Shown here: in pieces, positions 1 to 10,138 of the stretch
Layout of the letters: every line of letters begins with the position of its first letter
Position numbering within the stretch: position 1 is the first letter of the stretch
Sequence record: SRR2962707_2796
Direction: 5' to 3' (one strand)
DNA length: 46,160 bases
Position numbers and translations under genes: made by a program
The notes under the pieces: generated by a model
Seen by the model: only the letters and a program-made list of their open reading frames with translations
What the model was told of the DNA's origin: nothing
Databases searched by the model: none

Positions 1-1
1 A

Positions 2-955
2 GATGCGACCGTGACAGATGCCTTGGCCGTGTGCGGCTGGCTGGGCCATTCAGAAATGGCCTATGGCCAGCTCAACATGAAGGTGGATTTGGCGCAAAAA
101 GCAGTCGGGCGGCTGGCGGACCGGCTTGGCCGGACCAATGAAGAAACCGCTCAGGCAATATTGGACATCGCGATTTCGGAGATGTTCGTTGAGGTTGAGA
201 AGCTATCTTCGCGGGCGGGTGTCGACCTGCGTGACTTTGCATTGATGCCCTTTGGGGGCGGCGGCCCGATGCTGGGTGCGTTTCTGGCCCGTGAACTTGA
301 CATGAAACGGGTAATTGCGCCCAGCCGACCGGGGGTCGTTTCGGCGCTTGGCGGATTGGTGGCCGATTTACGCGGCGATTTCATTCGCACCGTCTTTGCC
401 CCCTTGGACGGGGCCGCGCTGTCGGTGCTTCGGACTGAATTCAGGGCATTGCGCGCTGAAGGAAACGCATGGTTGCGAGCCCAAGGCCATGAAGGTGCTG
501 TAGATCTGCGATTGTCAGCCGACATGCGCTATGCCGGACAAAGTTATGAGATCGAAGTGGCGCTGGATGAAGAGAGCTTTGAGACGGTTGATAAAATTGC
601 ACAGGCTTTTCACCAAACCCACCGGCGGATCTATGATTTCGACGACCCCGACGGTGAAATTGAGGTCGTAAATCTGCGTTTGTCCGCCTTGGGAGCGGGA
701 CCGAAACCCGTGCTTGAAAGTGCCAAAACCGGCAAGGCAGAGGCCAAGGCGCAGCGCCATGTGCCGGTCTGGTTGGGCCAGTGGCAAGACGTTCCGCTGT
801 ATCAACGGGATCAACTTTCGGCGGGGGCCTGTTTCGAGGGTCCGGCCATCGTGGCCCAGGAAGACACCACATTTGCCATCCCAATTGGCGCAAGGGCGCG
901 CACAGATCAGCATCACAATATTCACCTCAGCCTCGTGGAGCGGACCGATGTTTGA
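2..955 (+). CDS. Hydantoinase A / 5-oxoprolinase family ATP-binding subunit (5'-truncated by window edge)
   Basis: Frame open from window start; motifs TVTDA, FGGGGPM, PGVVSALG, DMRYAGQSYE and GPAIVAQEDTT typical of the HyuA/OplA C-terminal half; stop overlaps the next gene. Confidence 0.92.
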   Translation, partial: DATVTDALAVCGWLGHSEMAYGQLNMKVDLAQKAVGRLADRLGRTNEETAQAILDIAISEMFVEVEKLSSRAGVDLRDFALMPFGGGGPMLGAFLARELDMKRVIAPSRPGVVSALGGLVADLRGDFIRTVFAPLDGAALSVLRTEFRALRAEGNAWLRAQGHEGAVDLRLSADMRYAGQSYEIEVALDEESFETVDKIAQAFHQTHRRIYDFDDPDGEIEVVNLRLSALGAGPKPVLESAKTGKAEAKAQRHVPVWLGQWQDVPLYQRDQLSAGACFEGPAIVAQEDTTFAIPIGARARTDQHHNIHLSLVERTDV

Positions 956-2933
956 TAAAATGACCCTTCAGGTTTTGGCCAACCACGCGCGGGCCGCCGC
1001 CGAGAATATGGCGTTAACCCTGCACCGTACTGCCCATTCTGCCTTTGTTAAGGAAACGCAGGATTTCACGGTGATGCTGATGGACCGGGAAGGCGCCACC
1101 TTTGCCGTGCCGATGGAGTTAGGGGCCACATGGTACCCTGGTCTGACCTATGGGCGGGCGATCGACATGGTGGAGGATTATCGTCCGGGCGACGTGGCCT
1201 TTACCAATGATCCCTATTCGGGCCATGTCGCGACACATGCCCCTGACACACATCTATGGCGGCCGGTTTTTGTGGACGGTGAGATCATCGCCTGGACCGG
1301 CGGGCATATTCACAACACGGATATGGGCGGGGCCGTACCGGCCTCCCTATCGCGGTCGCTGACCGAAATTCATCAGGAAGGTCTTCGCTTTCCGCCGATG
1401 AAGCTTGTGAACGAAGGGGTGTTCGATCAGCAACTTTTGCGGATTCTGGAAACCAATGTGCGCAAACCTGCCTTGAACATCGGTGACATCAAAGCGCTGG
1501 TCGGCGCGTTGGCCACGGGCGAACGCAAAGTGCAGGCGATGGTCGCTCGGTTTGGCAAAACCGGATTTGTGCAAGGGGTTGCCGCGATGATGGATCAGGC
1601 CGAGGCGCAGGCCAGAGACGTCTTGTCAGAAATCCCGGACGGGTCTTACACTTTCGCGGATTACGCCGATGAGGACAGCGATCATGGCAATCCTTGCCGC
1701 TTGAAGCTGACCTTGCACATCGACGGCGACAGTGCGGTGCTGGATTTCACTGGTTCGGATCCGCAACTTGGGTCATCGCTCAATGTGCCGTCCGGAGGCG
1801 ACCCACGCCACACGCTGCTATTGGTCGGAGTGTATTATGTTCTCTATACGCTTAACCCGCGCATTCTGTTGAATACGGGCCTGACGCGTCCATTCACCTG
1901 TATCGCACCTGAAGGTACGGTTTTGAACCCGGTGGAACCGGCAGCAGTTGGGATGCGGTCATTGACCTGTGCGCGGTTACGGTCTGTGATTTTTGGCGCG
2001 TTTTCGCAGGCCATTCCTGATCGGATGCCCGCGGCGCCTGCGGGTAACAATTGCATCGTGAACGTCATGACACGCGATGAACGCACGCAAAAGACCGTGA
2101 TCGCGGCGGTCAACCCTGTGGTCGGAGGTGGCGGCGGCATGCCACTGCGCGATGGCACCAATGGTTCTGGGGCGGATGCAGCCTATCTCAAAAACACTCC
2201 CATCGAAATCACCGAGACCGAAGTTCCGGTTGAGTTTGTAAAATACGGGTTGGCCCGGGACAGCGGGGGGGCTGGTCTTTGGCGGGGCGGGTTGGCAACT
2301 GAAATGGCGTTCAAGGTCTTTGCTCCCGATACACGAATTACCGCCCGCAACCGGGACCGGTCGTTCTTTCGCCCTTGGGGGGTGCAGGGCGGCCACGCAG
2401 CCGGTCTGGCCGATATGGTGATCAACCCCGACAGTCAGGCTGAGCGTCCTTTGGGCACAAAAGACACCGCCATTCTGCAACCGGGCGACGTGATCGAAAT
2501 CCGATCCGCAGGGGGCGGGGGGCGTGGCGATCCTTTGCAGCGTGCGGCGTGGCGTGTCGCACAGGATGTGGCGCGCGGCTATGTCTCGGCTCAGGCGGCA
2601 AAGGCAGAATATGGCGTTGTTCTGGACGACGGTGTCGTTGACGAAGTCGCGACAGATGCACTGCGCAATTGCCTGCCTACGCATACTGGGCATTTTCATT
2701 ATGGATCAGAACGTGACGGTTATGAGGCGCAGTGGACAGATGCCGCATATGACCGGTTGACTGACATTCTGATGGCGCTGCCGATCCACTGGCGCTTTTT
2801 TGCCAAGACCGAGATTTTCCGGCGGATGACAGGCCGCAGTGGAGTCGAAGGTGTCAATGAAGCCTATGCCGAGATTTGTGCCCGATTTGTGGACCTTCCG
2901 CCATTGGCGACCCCAGCACAGGCTGCAGAATGA
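948..2933 (+). CDS. Hydantoinase B / oxoprolinase family subunit
   Basis: True start is probably ATG 948 (MFDKMTLQ), overlapping the upstream stop; motifs RTAHSAFVKETQDF, NDPY..H..THAPD, HNTDMGG, IHQEGL, NTPIEITE, GGGGRGDP. Confidence 0.93.
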   Translation: MFDKMTLQVLANHARAAAENMALTLHRTAHSAFVKETQDFTVMLMDREGATFAVPMELGATWYPGLTYGRAIDMVEDYRPGDVAFTNDPYSGHVATHAPDTHLWRPVFVDGEIIAWTGGHIHNTDMGGAVPASLSRSLTEIHQEGLRFPPMKLVNEGVFDQQLLRILETNVRKPALNIGDIKALVGALATGERKVQAMVARFGKTGFVQGVAAMMDQAEAQARDVLSEIPDGSYTFADYADEDSDHGNPCRLKLTLHIDGDSAVLDFTGSDPQLGSSLNVPSGGDPRHTLLLVGVYYVLYTLNPRILLNTGLTRPFTCIAPEGTVLNPVEPAAVGMRSLTCARLRSVIFGAFSQAIPDRMPAAPAGNNCIVNVMTRDERTQKTVIAAVNPVVGGGGGMPLRDGTNGSGADAAYLKNTPIEITETEVPVEFVKYGLARDSGGAGLWRGGLATEMAFKVFAPDTRITARNRDRSFFRPWGVQGGHAAGLADMVINPDSQAERPLGTKDTAILQPGDVIEIRSAGGGGRGDPLQRAAWRVAQDVARGYVSAQAAKAEYGVVLDDGVVDEVATDALRNCLPTHTGHFHYGSERDGYEAQWTDAAYDRLTDILMALPIHWRFFAKTEIFRRMTGRSGVEGVNEAYAEICARFVDLPPLATPAQAAE

Positions 2934-3232
2934 CGGGACAGTTGGTGCGTCTTGCGGAAACACAACGTAGTTCAATTCCGTTCTATCTGGATGGCCATAC
3001 TCTTGAAGGTCTTGAGGGCGATACCGTGCTCACTGCGATTTTAATGGCGCGGAGGTATCTGCGACGCGCTGAATTCGGTCCTGAAAATCGTGCGGGCTTT
3101 TGTCTGATGGGGGCCTGTCAGGATTGTTGGGTCTGGCAGGAATCCGGACCCCGGCTGCGGGCTTGTTCTACAGCGCTGGTCGCGGGGATGCGGCTGCTTA
3201 GTGACGTACCAGACGATTGGCCTGCAGCATGA
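2930..3232 (+). CDS. (2Fe-2S)-binding small subunit, HcnA / opine dehydrogenase gamma-like
   Basis: ATGA overlap at 2930; GDTVLTAIL and FCLMGACQDC...RAC cysteine pattern. Confidence 0.88.
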   Translation: MTGQLVRLAETQRSSIPFYLDGHTLEGLEGDTVLTAILMARRYLRRAEFGPENRAGFCLMGACQDCWVWQESGPRLRACSTALVAGMRLLSDVPDDWPAA

Positions 3233-4587
3233 CGCGCGTGTTGATCGTTGGGGCTGGGCCCGCAGGAATTCGGGCTGCTGAAACGCTGGTTGAGGCCGGA
3301 CTTCACCCGATCGTTGTCGACGAAGGCGCGCGGGCCGGGGGGCAGATATACCGCCGACCGCCTGAAAATTTCCGCCGTTCTTCCAAGGTGTTGTATGGCT
3401 CTGAGGCAGGAAAGGCCGATGCCCTGCACCAATGTTTCGAGCGGATGCTTTCTCAGGGCCTTCTGAGTTATCTTCCGAACGCGTCGATCCTGGGATTGGG
3501 CGTAGGACAGGCGCAATTTCTGACAGCAGGTAAGGTAGACAGTCTTTCTTATGACAAAGTGATCCTGGCCACCGGGGCGACCGACAGAATGGCACCGGTA
3601 CCGGGTTGGCAAAATGCGGGGGTTTATAGTCTGGGCGCCACTCAGATCGCCCTGAAGGCACAAGGTGTCGCGTTGGGTCGGCGCATGGTTCTCGCTGGGT
3701 CTGGTCCGTTGCTGACACTTGTGGCGGCACAGCTTATCAAAGCGGGTGCAAATGTTGAGGCTGTGTTGGACACTGCACCGTTGCGAAAGCAGGCCGCCGG
3801 GTTTGCTGGGATGGCTATGGCACGTCCTCTTTTAGCGATACGCGGTCTTTGGCTGCGTGCGCAATTGGGCCGTCGGTACCATGCTGGCGTGCGGCTCGAT
3901 CGGATCGAAGCAGGTGACACCGGGTCGGCCGCTGTACATTGGCGTGATGCGGCCCGACGTGCTCGGGTCAGTGCCTGTGACATGGTTGGCATGGGCTGGC
4001 ACCTAAAGGCCGAGACGCAATTGGCTGATTTGGCAGAGGTGCCCTTTGACTGGGACGAGATCAGCGCGCAATGGCTGCCGCGTACGGATGCCTTTGGACG
4101 CGGAGCAGACGGGGTTTATCTTGCCGGAGACGGAATGCGCATTCTTGGCAGTGATGGCGCAGAGTTGGCTGGAAAACTGGCGGCGAGGGCTTGTTTGACG
4201 GACATTGGGCTGGCGGCCCCCGATGCCAAGGTCGTGTTGAAAAACATCGACCGCATGCAACGGTTTGCAAAAGCTTTGCACCGCAGCTTTCCCTGGCCGG
4301 CGCAGATGGTCCGTGATTTGCCCGACGATACAGTTTTGTGCCGTTGCGAAAATATCAGCGCTGGCGCTTTGCGCGCGACGATCGACCAGTCTGGCCCGGA
4401 AATCAATCGGGCCAAGTCGCTCGGGCGCGTTGGCATGGGGCGATGTCAGGGCCGCTATTGCCAGCTTGCCGGGGCCGAAGTGATCGCTGCGCAGATCGGG
4501 GGGCAGCCGTCGCAGGTTGGGCGTTTAAGGGGGCAACCGCCCGTGCGCCCGGTTCCGCTAGAGGCCTATGTTGAGCCCAATCCCTGA
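3229..4587 (+). CDS. FAD/NAD(P)-binding oxidoreductase, OoxA/HcnB-like (opine oxidase subunit A family)
   Basis: ATGA overlap; IVGAGPAG, GGQIYR, ATGATDR..PVPGW; C-terminal BFD-like CRCE...GMGRCQGRYC and PPVRPV. Confidence 0.9.
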   Translation: MTRVLIVGAGPAGIRAAETLVEAGLHPIVVDEGARAGGQIYRRPPENFRRSSKVLYGSEAGKADALHQCFERMLSQGLLSYLPNASILGLGVGQAQFLTAGKVDSLSYDKVILATGATDRMAPVPGWQNAGVYSLGATQIALKAQGVALGRRMVLAGSGPLLTLVAAQLIKAGANVEAVLDTAPLRKQAAGFAGMAMARPLLAIRGLWLRAQLGRRYHAGVRLDRIEAGDTGSAAVHWRDAARRARVSACDMVGMGWHLKAETQLADLAEVPFDWDEISAQWLPRTDAFGRGADGVYLAGDGMRILGSDGAELAGKLAARACLTDIGLAAPDAKVVLKNIDRMQRFAKALHRSFPWPAQMVRDLPDDTVLCRCENISAGALRATIDQSGPEINRAKSLGRVGMGRCQGRYCQLAGAEVIAAQIGGQPSQVGRLRGQPPVRPVPLEAYVEPNP

Positions 4588-4718
4588 CGAGGTGGCGCAA
4601 TCTTCTGCCTGCGTGGTCAGGTTGCACAGTGTAAAATGCTGTGCGCCGGTACCTTTCGGCAGCTATGACCGAGCCAAATACGCGATCTTGCGAACAGAAT
4701 TTGCTTCCGAGGTGCGCC

Positions 4719-6182
4719 ATGAACATTGCCGTCGATACAGACCAAATCGCTTTGCCCAACCGTCACTTCATCGGCGGTTTGCCCGTCGCCGGGGATAACC
4801 AGATTGCGGTTCTGTCGCCATCGACAGGGATGGTATTGGGCCATATCCCAATCGCAGATGCGGCCACCGTCGACAGGGCTGTAGATGCTGCGCGAACGGC
4901 TTTGGAAACGTCGAACTGGGGCGGCATTGCCCCGAGAGAACGACTGCGCGCTTTGTGCAAATGGGCGGATTTGATCGAGGCCGAGGCGGCCACGCTTGCG
5001 GCATTAGAGGCGGTTTGTTCCTCGCGTCCCTATCAGCAGGTACTTGCGGGCGACATTCGGATCACGGCAGAGCAAATCCGGTTCTTCGCCGAATTTGCGG
5101 ACAAAGAAGGTGGGGTGCTCGCCCCTGTTGCCGGCAGCAGTTTCGGCTATATTTCGGATGAACCCTACGGTGTTATCGGGGCGATAACGCCATGGAACTT
5201 TCCGATCTCCATGGCGGGATGGAAATTGGGCCCGGCCTTGGCCGCAGGCAATGCGGTGGTGATCAAGCCGTCAGAAATGACCCCTTATACGACGCTGTAT
5301 CTGGCCGAGTTGTCGGTGCGCGCCGGAATTCCGGCGGGTCTGATCAATGTGGTTCTTGGCGACGGTGCGGTGACCGGCGCGGCAATTACCGGTCATCCGG
5401 GGATTGATAAAGTGTCCTTTACCGGGTCGACCCGCGCAGGTGGCGCCATCATGGAAAATATCGCGCGCTCTGGGATCAAGCCGATGACGCTCGAATTGGG
5501 CGGGAAAAGCCCGGTCATCGTTTGTGAAGACGCGGATCTTGATCTGGCAGCAGATTGTATTGATCGCGGGATCACAATGAATGCTGGTCAGGTTTGCGTT
5601 GCCAGCTCGCGGATAATAGCTTCCGCAAAGATTGCCGATGCTTTGTCGGCCAAGCTCATAGAGCGCTTTGGCAGACATAACCCTGCGGATACGCTGGCAG
5701 AGAGCGCCGGGTATTCGCCGATTATTTCCGAAAAGCAGTTGAGCCGAATTGATGGAATTGTCCGCGCATCGGCCGAAGAGGGGAGCGAAATCCTCTGTGG
5801 TGGTGCGCGCTTTGATCACGCGGGCAGCTATTACCAACCGACATTGGTGTCCAATGTGACGGACGCGAACCCGGCCGTCCGCGAAGAGATTTTCGGACCA
5901 GTGGCCACCTTTCAGACCTTTAATACTGAGGACGAGGCTTTGGCGCTGGCCAGCCATCCCAGCTATGGATTGTGCTCGGGCTTGTTCACTCGTGATCTTA
6001 GCCGCGCCTTACGTCTGACCCGACGCATCGAAGCGGGGACTGTCTGGGTCAACCGCTACGGCCGTTCGCTGGACCACATCTTGCCCACGGGCGGGTGGAA
6101 GGCCAGCGGATTGGGCAAAGATCTGGGACGCGAAGCCTATACCGCCAACCGCAGAGCGAAATCTGTGCTGATTGATTTGTGA
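4719..6182 (+). CDS. NAD(P)-dependent aldehyde dehydrogenase (PuuC/betaine-aldehyde-dehydrogenase-like)
   Basis: GAGG RBS before ATG 4719; PWNFP, KPSE, FTGST, ELGGKS, catalytic GQVC, EEIFGPV. Confidence 0.92.
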   Translation: MNIAVDTDQIALPNRHFIGGLPVAGDNQIAVLSPSTGMVLGHIPIADAATVDRAVDAARTALETSNWGGIAPRERLRALCKWADLIEAEAATLAALEAVCSSRPYQQVLAGDIRITAEQIRFFAEFADKEGGVLAPVAGSSFGYISDEPYGVIGAITPWNFPISMAGWKLGPALAAGNAVVIKPSEMTPYTTLYLAELSVRAGIPAGLINVVLGDGAVTGAAITGHPGIDKVSFTGSTRAGGAIMENIARSGIKPMTLELGGKSPVIVCEDADLDLAADCIDRGITMNAGQVCVASSRIIASAKIADALSAKLIERFGRHNPADTLAESAGYSPIISEKQLSRIDGIVRASAEEGSEILCGGARFDHAGSYYQPTLVSNVTDANPAVREEIFGPVATFQTFNTEDEALALASHPSYGLCSGLFTRDLSRALRLTRRIEAGTVWVNRYGRSLDHILPTGGWKASGLGKDLGREAYTANRRAKSVLIDL

Positions 6183-6199
6183 TATCTAAGGAAGCTGAC

Positions 6200-7252
6200 A
6201 TGACCACATATAACCTTGCTTTGATCCCCGGAGACGGTATCGGCGTTGATGTCACGGACGCCGCCATGGCAGTGATGAACGCCGCCGCTGCTCGCTATGG
6301 CTTTGCGCTGGATCTGCAAACATTCCCTTGGTCTTGCGAGTATTACCTCAAGACCGGCAAGATGATGCCCGACGACGGTATAGAAACGTTGCGCGGCTTT
6401 GATGCGATTTTCCTTGGTGCCGTAGGTTGGCCCGAAACAGTGCCGGATTCCGTGTCGCTGCATGGTCTTTTGTTGCCAATCCGTAAGGCGTTTAATCAAT
6501 ATGCCAACATCCGGCCTCACAGGGTGCTGACTGGTGTCGAAGGGCCGCTCAAAGCAGACGGGTTCGACATTCTATGCATCCGCGAAAATACCGAAGGCGA
6601 ATATTCCGGCGCCGGTGGGCGCGTCCATCAGGGGCGCGACAACGAGGTGGCTGTCGAAACGTCGATTTTCACCCGTGCCGGGGTCGAACGTATCCTGCGC
6701 TTTGGCTTTGAGCAGGCACAAGCGCGACGCAAGCATCTGACGTCAGTGACAAAATCGAATGCGCAGAAATATTCCATGGTGTTCTGGGATGAGATTACGC
6801 AGGAGCTGGCAAGCGAATACCCTGAGGTTACGGTCAGCCAGATGCACATTGATGCCATGGCGGCCAAGATGGTTATGAACCCACAGGATCTGGATGTCGT
6901 TGTGGCATCGAACCTGTTCGGGGACATTCTAACCGACCTGGGGGCTGCGATCCAAGGCGGATTGGGCTTTGCGGCCTCTGCCAATATTTGCCCCGACCGC
7001 AGCGCTCCGTCGATGTTTGAACCCGTGCACGGCTCAGCGCCGGATATCGCCGGTCAAAACATTGCGAACCCGATTGCCGCAATCTGGTCCGGGGCGCAGA
7101 TGCTGGAGCATCTTGGCGAGACCGCAGCCGCAACAGCAGTGCTTGCGGCCATTGAAACAACGACCGAGCAGGGCATTGGCACACGCCCCGGTCAAAACAC
7201 GACAGACGACATTACAGTGGCTATTTTGACTGCACTTGGGGGCAAGCAATGA
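6200..7252 (+). CDS. Tartrate dehydrogenase / D-malate dehydrogenase-like beta-decarboxylating dehydrogenase
   Basis: AAGGAAG RBS before ATG 6200; IPGDGIG, RENTEGEY, TKSN, NLFGDILTD, EPVHGSAPDIAG; the TKSNA motif points to the tartrate dehydrogenase branch. Confidence 0.85.
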   Translation: MTTYNLALIPGDGIGVDVTDAAMAVMNAAAARYGFALDLQTFPWSCEYYLKTGKMMPDDGIETLRGFDAIFLGAVGWPETVPDSVSLHGLLLPIRKAFNQYANIRPHRVLTGVEGPLKADGFDILCIRENTEGEYSGAGGRVHQGRDNEVAVETSIFTRAGVERILRFGFEQAQARRKHLTSVTKSNAQKYSMVFWDEITQELASEYPEVTVSQMHIDAMAAKMVMNPQDLDVVVASNLFGDILTDLGAAIQGGLGFAASANICPDRSAPSMFEPVHGSAPDIAGQNIANPIAAIWSGAQMLEHLGETAAATAVLAAIETTTEQGIGTRPGQNTTDDITVAILTALGGKQ

Positions 7253-8730
7253 ACATTCACACGACATCCTCCTCTGATTTGCGCGGAAATCTGTCTGATC
7301 CTGATCTGTTTCGCGAAGCGGCGTTGATTGACGGTGATTGGATTGCCCGCGCAGATATGCCCGTGATCGACCCGGCGACTGGGGACGCGATCGGCCACAT
7401 GCCGGACTGCACAGCCATTGAAACCCTAGCGGCCATCACGGCGGCGGAAACGGCGATGAAGGATTGGCGGGCTCTGACCAATATCGCACGGGCAGATATC
7501 TTGATGCATTGGTATCAGCTGATGCTGGATCATGCTGATGACCTTGCGATGATCCTGACCGCCGAACAGGGCAAACCGCTGGACGAAGCCCGCGGTGAGA
7601 TCATCTATGGCGCGTCTTTCGTCCGTTGGTTTGCGGAAGAAGCCCGCCGGATCAATGGCCATATCATCCCGTCACCAGTGCCGGGCAAAAAGATTTTTGC
7701 CATGAAGGAACCGGTCGGTGTCTGTGCGATCATCACCCCCTGGAACTTTCCCAATGCGATGATCACCCGCAAAGTAGCCCCGGGCCTTGCTGCGGGATGT
7801 ACCATGGTGATCAAGCCGTCAGATTTCACGCCCTATTCGGCGCTGGCTTTGGGGGTATTGGCGGAGCGGGCAGGCATTCCTAAAGGAGTGCTGAACATCC
7901 TTACTGGACGCCCGGAGGTCATTGGCGAAACCCTGACTGCCAGCCCGGTTGTGCGAAAGCTGTCGTTTACCGGATCGACCCGGGTGGGAGCGCTTTTGGC
8001 TGGGCAATGTGCCCCGACGCTCAAGAAAATGTCGCTTGAGCTGGGTGGCAACGCGCCGTTTATCGTCTTTGATGATGCTGATCTGGACGCCGCCGTCGAA
8101 GGGGCGATGCTGTCGAAATTTCGCAATGGCGGTCAGACATGTGTCTGTGCCAACCGCATTCTGGTGCAAGCGGGTATTCACGATGCCTTTGTCGCGGCCT
8201 TGGCCGCCAAGGTCGACGCGTTGACCGTGGGTCCGGGAATGGCCAAGGGGGTCACGATTGGTCCGATGATCAACGACAATGCAATTGCCAAGATTGACGC
8301 CCATGTTGAAGACGCGCTTGCCAAAGGGGCCGTGCGTGCCACCCAGCAGCGCGACCTGCCGTCCCAATTCGCGGACCCGGTTGTTCTGTCTGGGGCGACG
8401 ATTGACATGCAACTGGCGCATGAGGAAACCTTTGGTCCGGTTGCTGCCGTATTCCGGTTTGACACCGAAGACGAAGCCTTGGCCTTGGCCAATGGCACGG
8501 CTTTTGGACTGGCCGCCTATTTCTATACAACAGATATGTCTCGTGCCTTCCGTTTTGGAGAGGCGCTTGAGGCGGGGCTCGTTGGGTTGAACACCGGCGT
8601 TGTCAGCCATGCAGAAGCGCCGTTTGGTGGTGTCAAAGCGTCTGGTCTCGGCCGCGAAGGCGCTCAAGAAGGGATCGAGGAATACCTTGAAACAAAGGCC
8701 TTCCATTTTGCAGGGTTGGGGACGACCTAA
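7249..8730 (+). CDS. gabD: NAD(P)-dependent succinate-semialdehyde dehydrogenase
   Basis: ATGA overlap; EQGKPL.EARGE, PWNFPNAMITRK, ELGGNAPFIVFDDAD, KFRNGGQTCVCANR, EETFGP. Confidence 0.9.
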   Translation: MNIHTTSSSDLRGNLSDPDLFREAALIDGDWIARADMPVIDPATGDAIGHMPDCTAIETLAAITAAETAMKDWRALTNIARADILMHWYQLMLDHADDLAMILTAEQGKPLDEARGEIIYGASFVRWFAEEARRINGHIIPSPVPGKKIFAMKEPVGVCAIITPWNFPNAMITRKVAPGLAAGCTMVIKPSDFTPYSALALGVLAERAGIPKGVLNILTGRPEVIGETLTASPVVRKLSFTGSTRVGALLAGQCAPTLKKMSLELGGNAPFIVFDDADLDAAVEGAMLSKFRNGGQTCVCANRILVQAGIHDAFVAALAAKVDALTVGPGMAKGVTIGPMINDNAIAKIDAHVEDALAKGAVRATQQRDLPSQFADPVVLSGATIDMQLAHEETFGPVAAVFRFDTEDEALALANGTAFGLAAYFYTTDMSRAFRFGEALEAGLVGLNTGVVSHAEAPFGGVKASGLGREGAQEGIEEYLETKAFHFAGLGTT

Positions 8731-8805
8731 AGTTCTACTCTTTGGAGTTGATGAGCGTTTGGCAGACGTTTTACTTGCCAATCGCCACCTTGCCCAAATA
8801 TTGGG

Positions 8806-9942
8806 TTAGTTTTTCTTGGGAACCATCAACCAATAAACGATGCCAGCGAGCAACGCGCAGGCGACGGCACCCAGTTGGATTTCAGCAGAGACAAAGGCCA
8901 ATAAAAAACCGGTCACCAAGGGGCCGCACGCCGCGCCAAAATCGCGCCAGGCCTGCATGCGGGCCAAAGGTCCGATGGCATCTTGGTCGGTGGACAGCGA
9001 CTGGGTGATCACAGCGGGCCCAAGTGATGCAAGCGCCCCTCGGAAAAGCATCATGATCAAAGCGCCCAGAACTGTCAGGCCCGAAGCGACGCACACAAAC
9101 CCAAGCATGGTGAGGACCGCTGCGCCAATGAAAACTTGCCGGGCGCCCAATCGGTCTGCGATCCAGCCAAACAAAGGCGCGGCGATGGCTTCTCCAAAGT
9201 GACGCATCGCAAGCAGCGCGCTTCCTCCCATGACGGCATCGGCCAAGGACGCGTCTCTGGCCAAAATCAGCGTGATCGAAATCGCAAAGACTCCATCAAC
9301 TCCATAGCCTTGCAAAAAGAACAGAATATCAATCGGTTGTGGTTTAAACAGACCGGCCGATTTTCCTCGCTTCACCTCTTTGATTTTTGCTTTTGGCAGG
9401 GACAGCGCGATCAGGATCGTTAAGGCTGTGGGCAGTGCAAGCGCGACGAACACTAAGTTTGGTCCGATCAAGGCGATCAACCAAGCCCCGCCAAACAGGG
9501 CAAAAATCGGTCCAACCCTTTGGATCGCCTGACCAACTCCGACACGAGCGCCAACCCCTTGTCGGTATTCAACGGCGTAAGACAAGGTCGCCAAAACCAG
9601 AACGCCATAGGTCAGGCCCCAAAGGATCCGGGCCGCCAGGATGACGGTCGGTCCTTGTCCAAAGCCATAGATGGCTGTGGACAGTGTCGCGCCGATTGCG
9701 GCGTAAATACACATTTGGCGCACACCAACCACCTGCGTTATCCGGGCGATTAAGCCATAGGCAAAGACCCGGACGAAACGGTTCGCCGACAGCATGATCC
9801 CCACCCAAGGGAGGGTCAGGCCAAACTCGTCTGCATAGACCGGTAAAACCGCATAAAGCAGCGCGTCCCCCAGCAAGGCCAAAGACATGATTGAAGAAGA
9901 GCCAATAATTTCGCGCCAACCGTTGCTGGGACTAGGCATCAT
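8806..9942 (-). CDS. MFS transporter
   Basis: About 12 hydrophobic segments; MFS loop motif GWIADRLGAR; N-terminal LLGDALLYAVLP. Confidence 0.85.
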   Translation of the reverse strand: MMPSPSNGWREIIGSSSIMSLALLGDALLYAVLPVYADEFGLTLPWVGIMLSANRFVRVFAYGLIARITQVVGVRQMCIYAAIGATLSTAIYGFGQGPTVILAARILWGLTYGVLVLATLSYAVEYRQGVGARVGVGQAIQRVGPIFALFGGAWLIALIGPNLVFVALALPTALTILIALSLPKAKIKEVKRGKSAGLFKPQPIDILFFLQGYGVDGVFAISITLILARDASLADAVMGGSALLAMRHFGEAIAAPLFGWIADRLGARQVFIGAAVLTMLGFVCVASGLTVLGALIMMLFRGALASLGPAVITQSLSTDQDAIGPLARMQAWRDFGAACGPLVTGFLLAFVSAEIQLGAVACALLAGIVYWLMVPKKN

Positions 9943-10121
9943 TTACGGTCCTCAAAAGTCTAAGAATGCTCGGTCGCACCAGAAATTCCCTTAGTGCCGT
10001 CGCAGTGATGGGCGGGAACAGCGCTGGATTGATTTAAGCAAGCTTGTCTGAGGAAGTCGATATGTCGGCAGACAATCGAATGATGACCTGCCGTTAACAA
10101 AAGCATTGATCAAGGGAAACG

Positions 10122-10138
10122 TGCTTAATAGTTAAGCA
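10122..10138. promoter_or_regulatory. Perfect 7-3-7 inverted repeat TGCTTAA-TAG-TTAAGCA, candidate operator
   Basis: Read directly in the spacer between the divergent MFS and chaC genes. Confidence 0.4.

Noticed and set aside
714-947. N-terminal extension of hydantoinase B in the ORF track, and similar extensions at 2876, 4641, 10476, 11593, 15183, 15286, 17767, 20175, 28092, 39677 and 41337
   Set aside because: They overlap upstream genes or promoters; downstream starts have an RBS or stop/start coupling and match where family similarity begins
2930-4587. Calling these genes hcnA/hcnB (cyanide synthesis)
   Set aside because: Same families, but the context is catabolic (lactamase, dehydrogenases) and no hcnC follows in hcnABC order
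4593-4608. TGGCGC...TGC resembling a sigma54 promoter before the aldehyde dehydrogenase
   Set aside because: GG-to-GC spacing is one base longer than the strict -24/-12 requirement
7819-8781. Long antisense ORFs (for example 7819-8781, 1977-2699, 10539-11285, 39959-40684, 42391-43107)
   Set aside because: Shadow frames of well-supported genes on the opposite strand; no recognisable motifs
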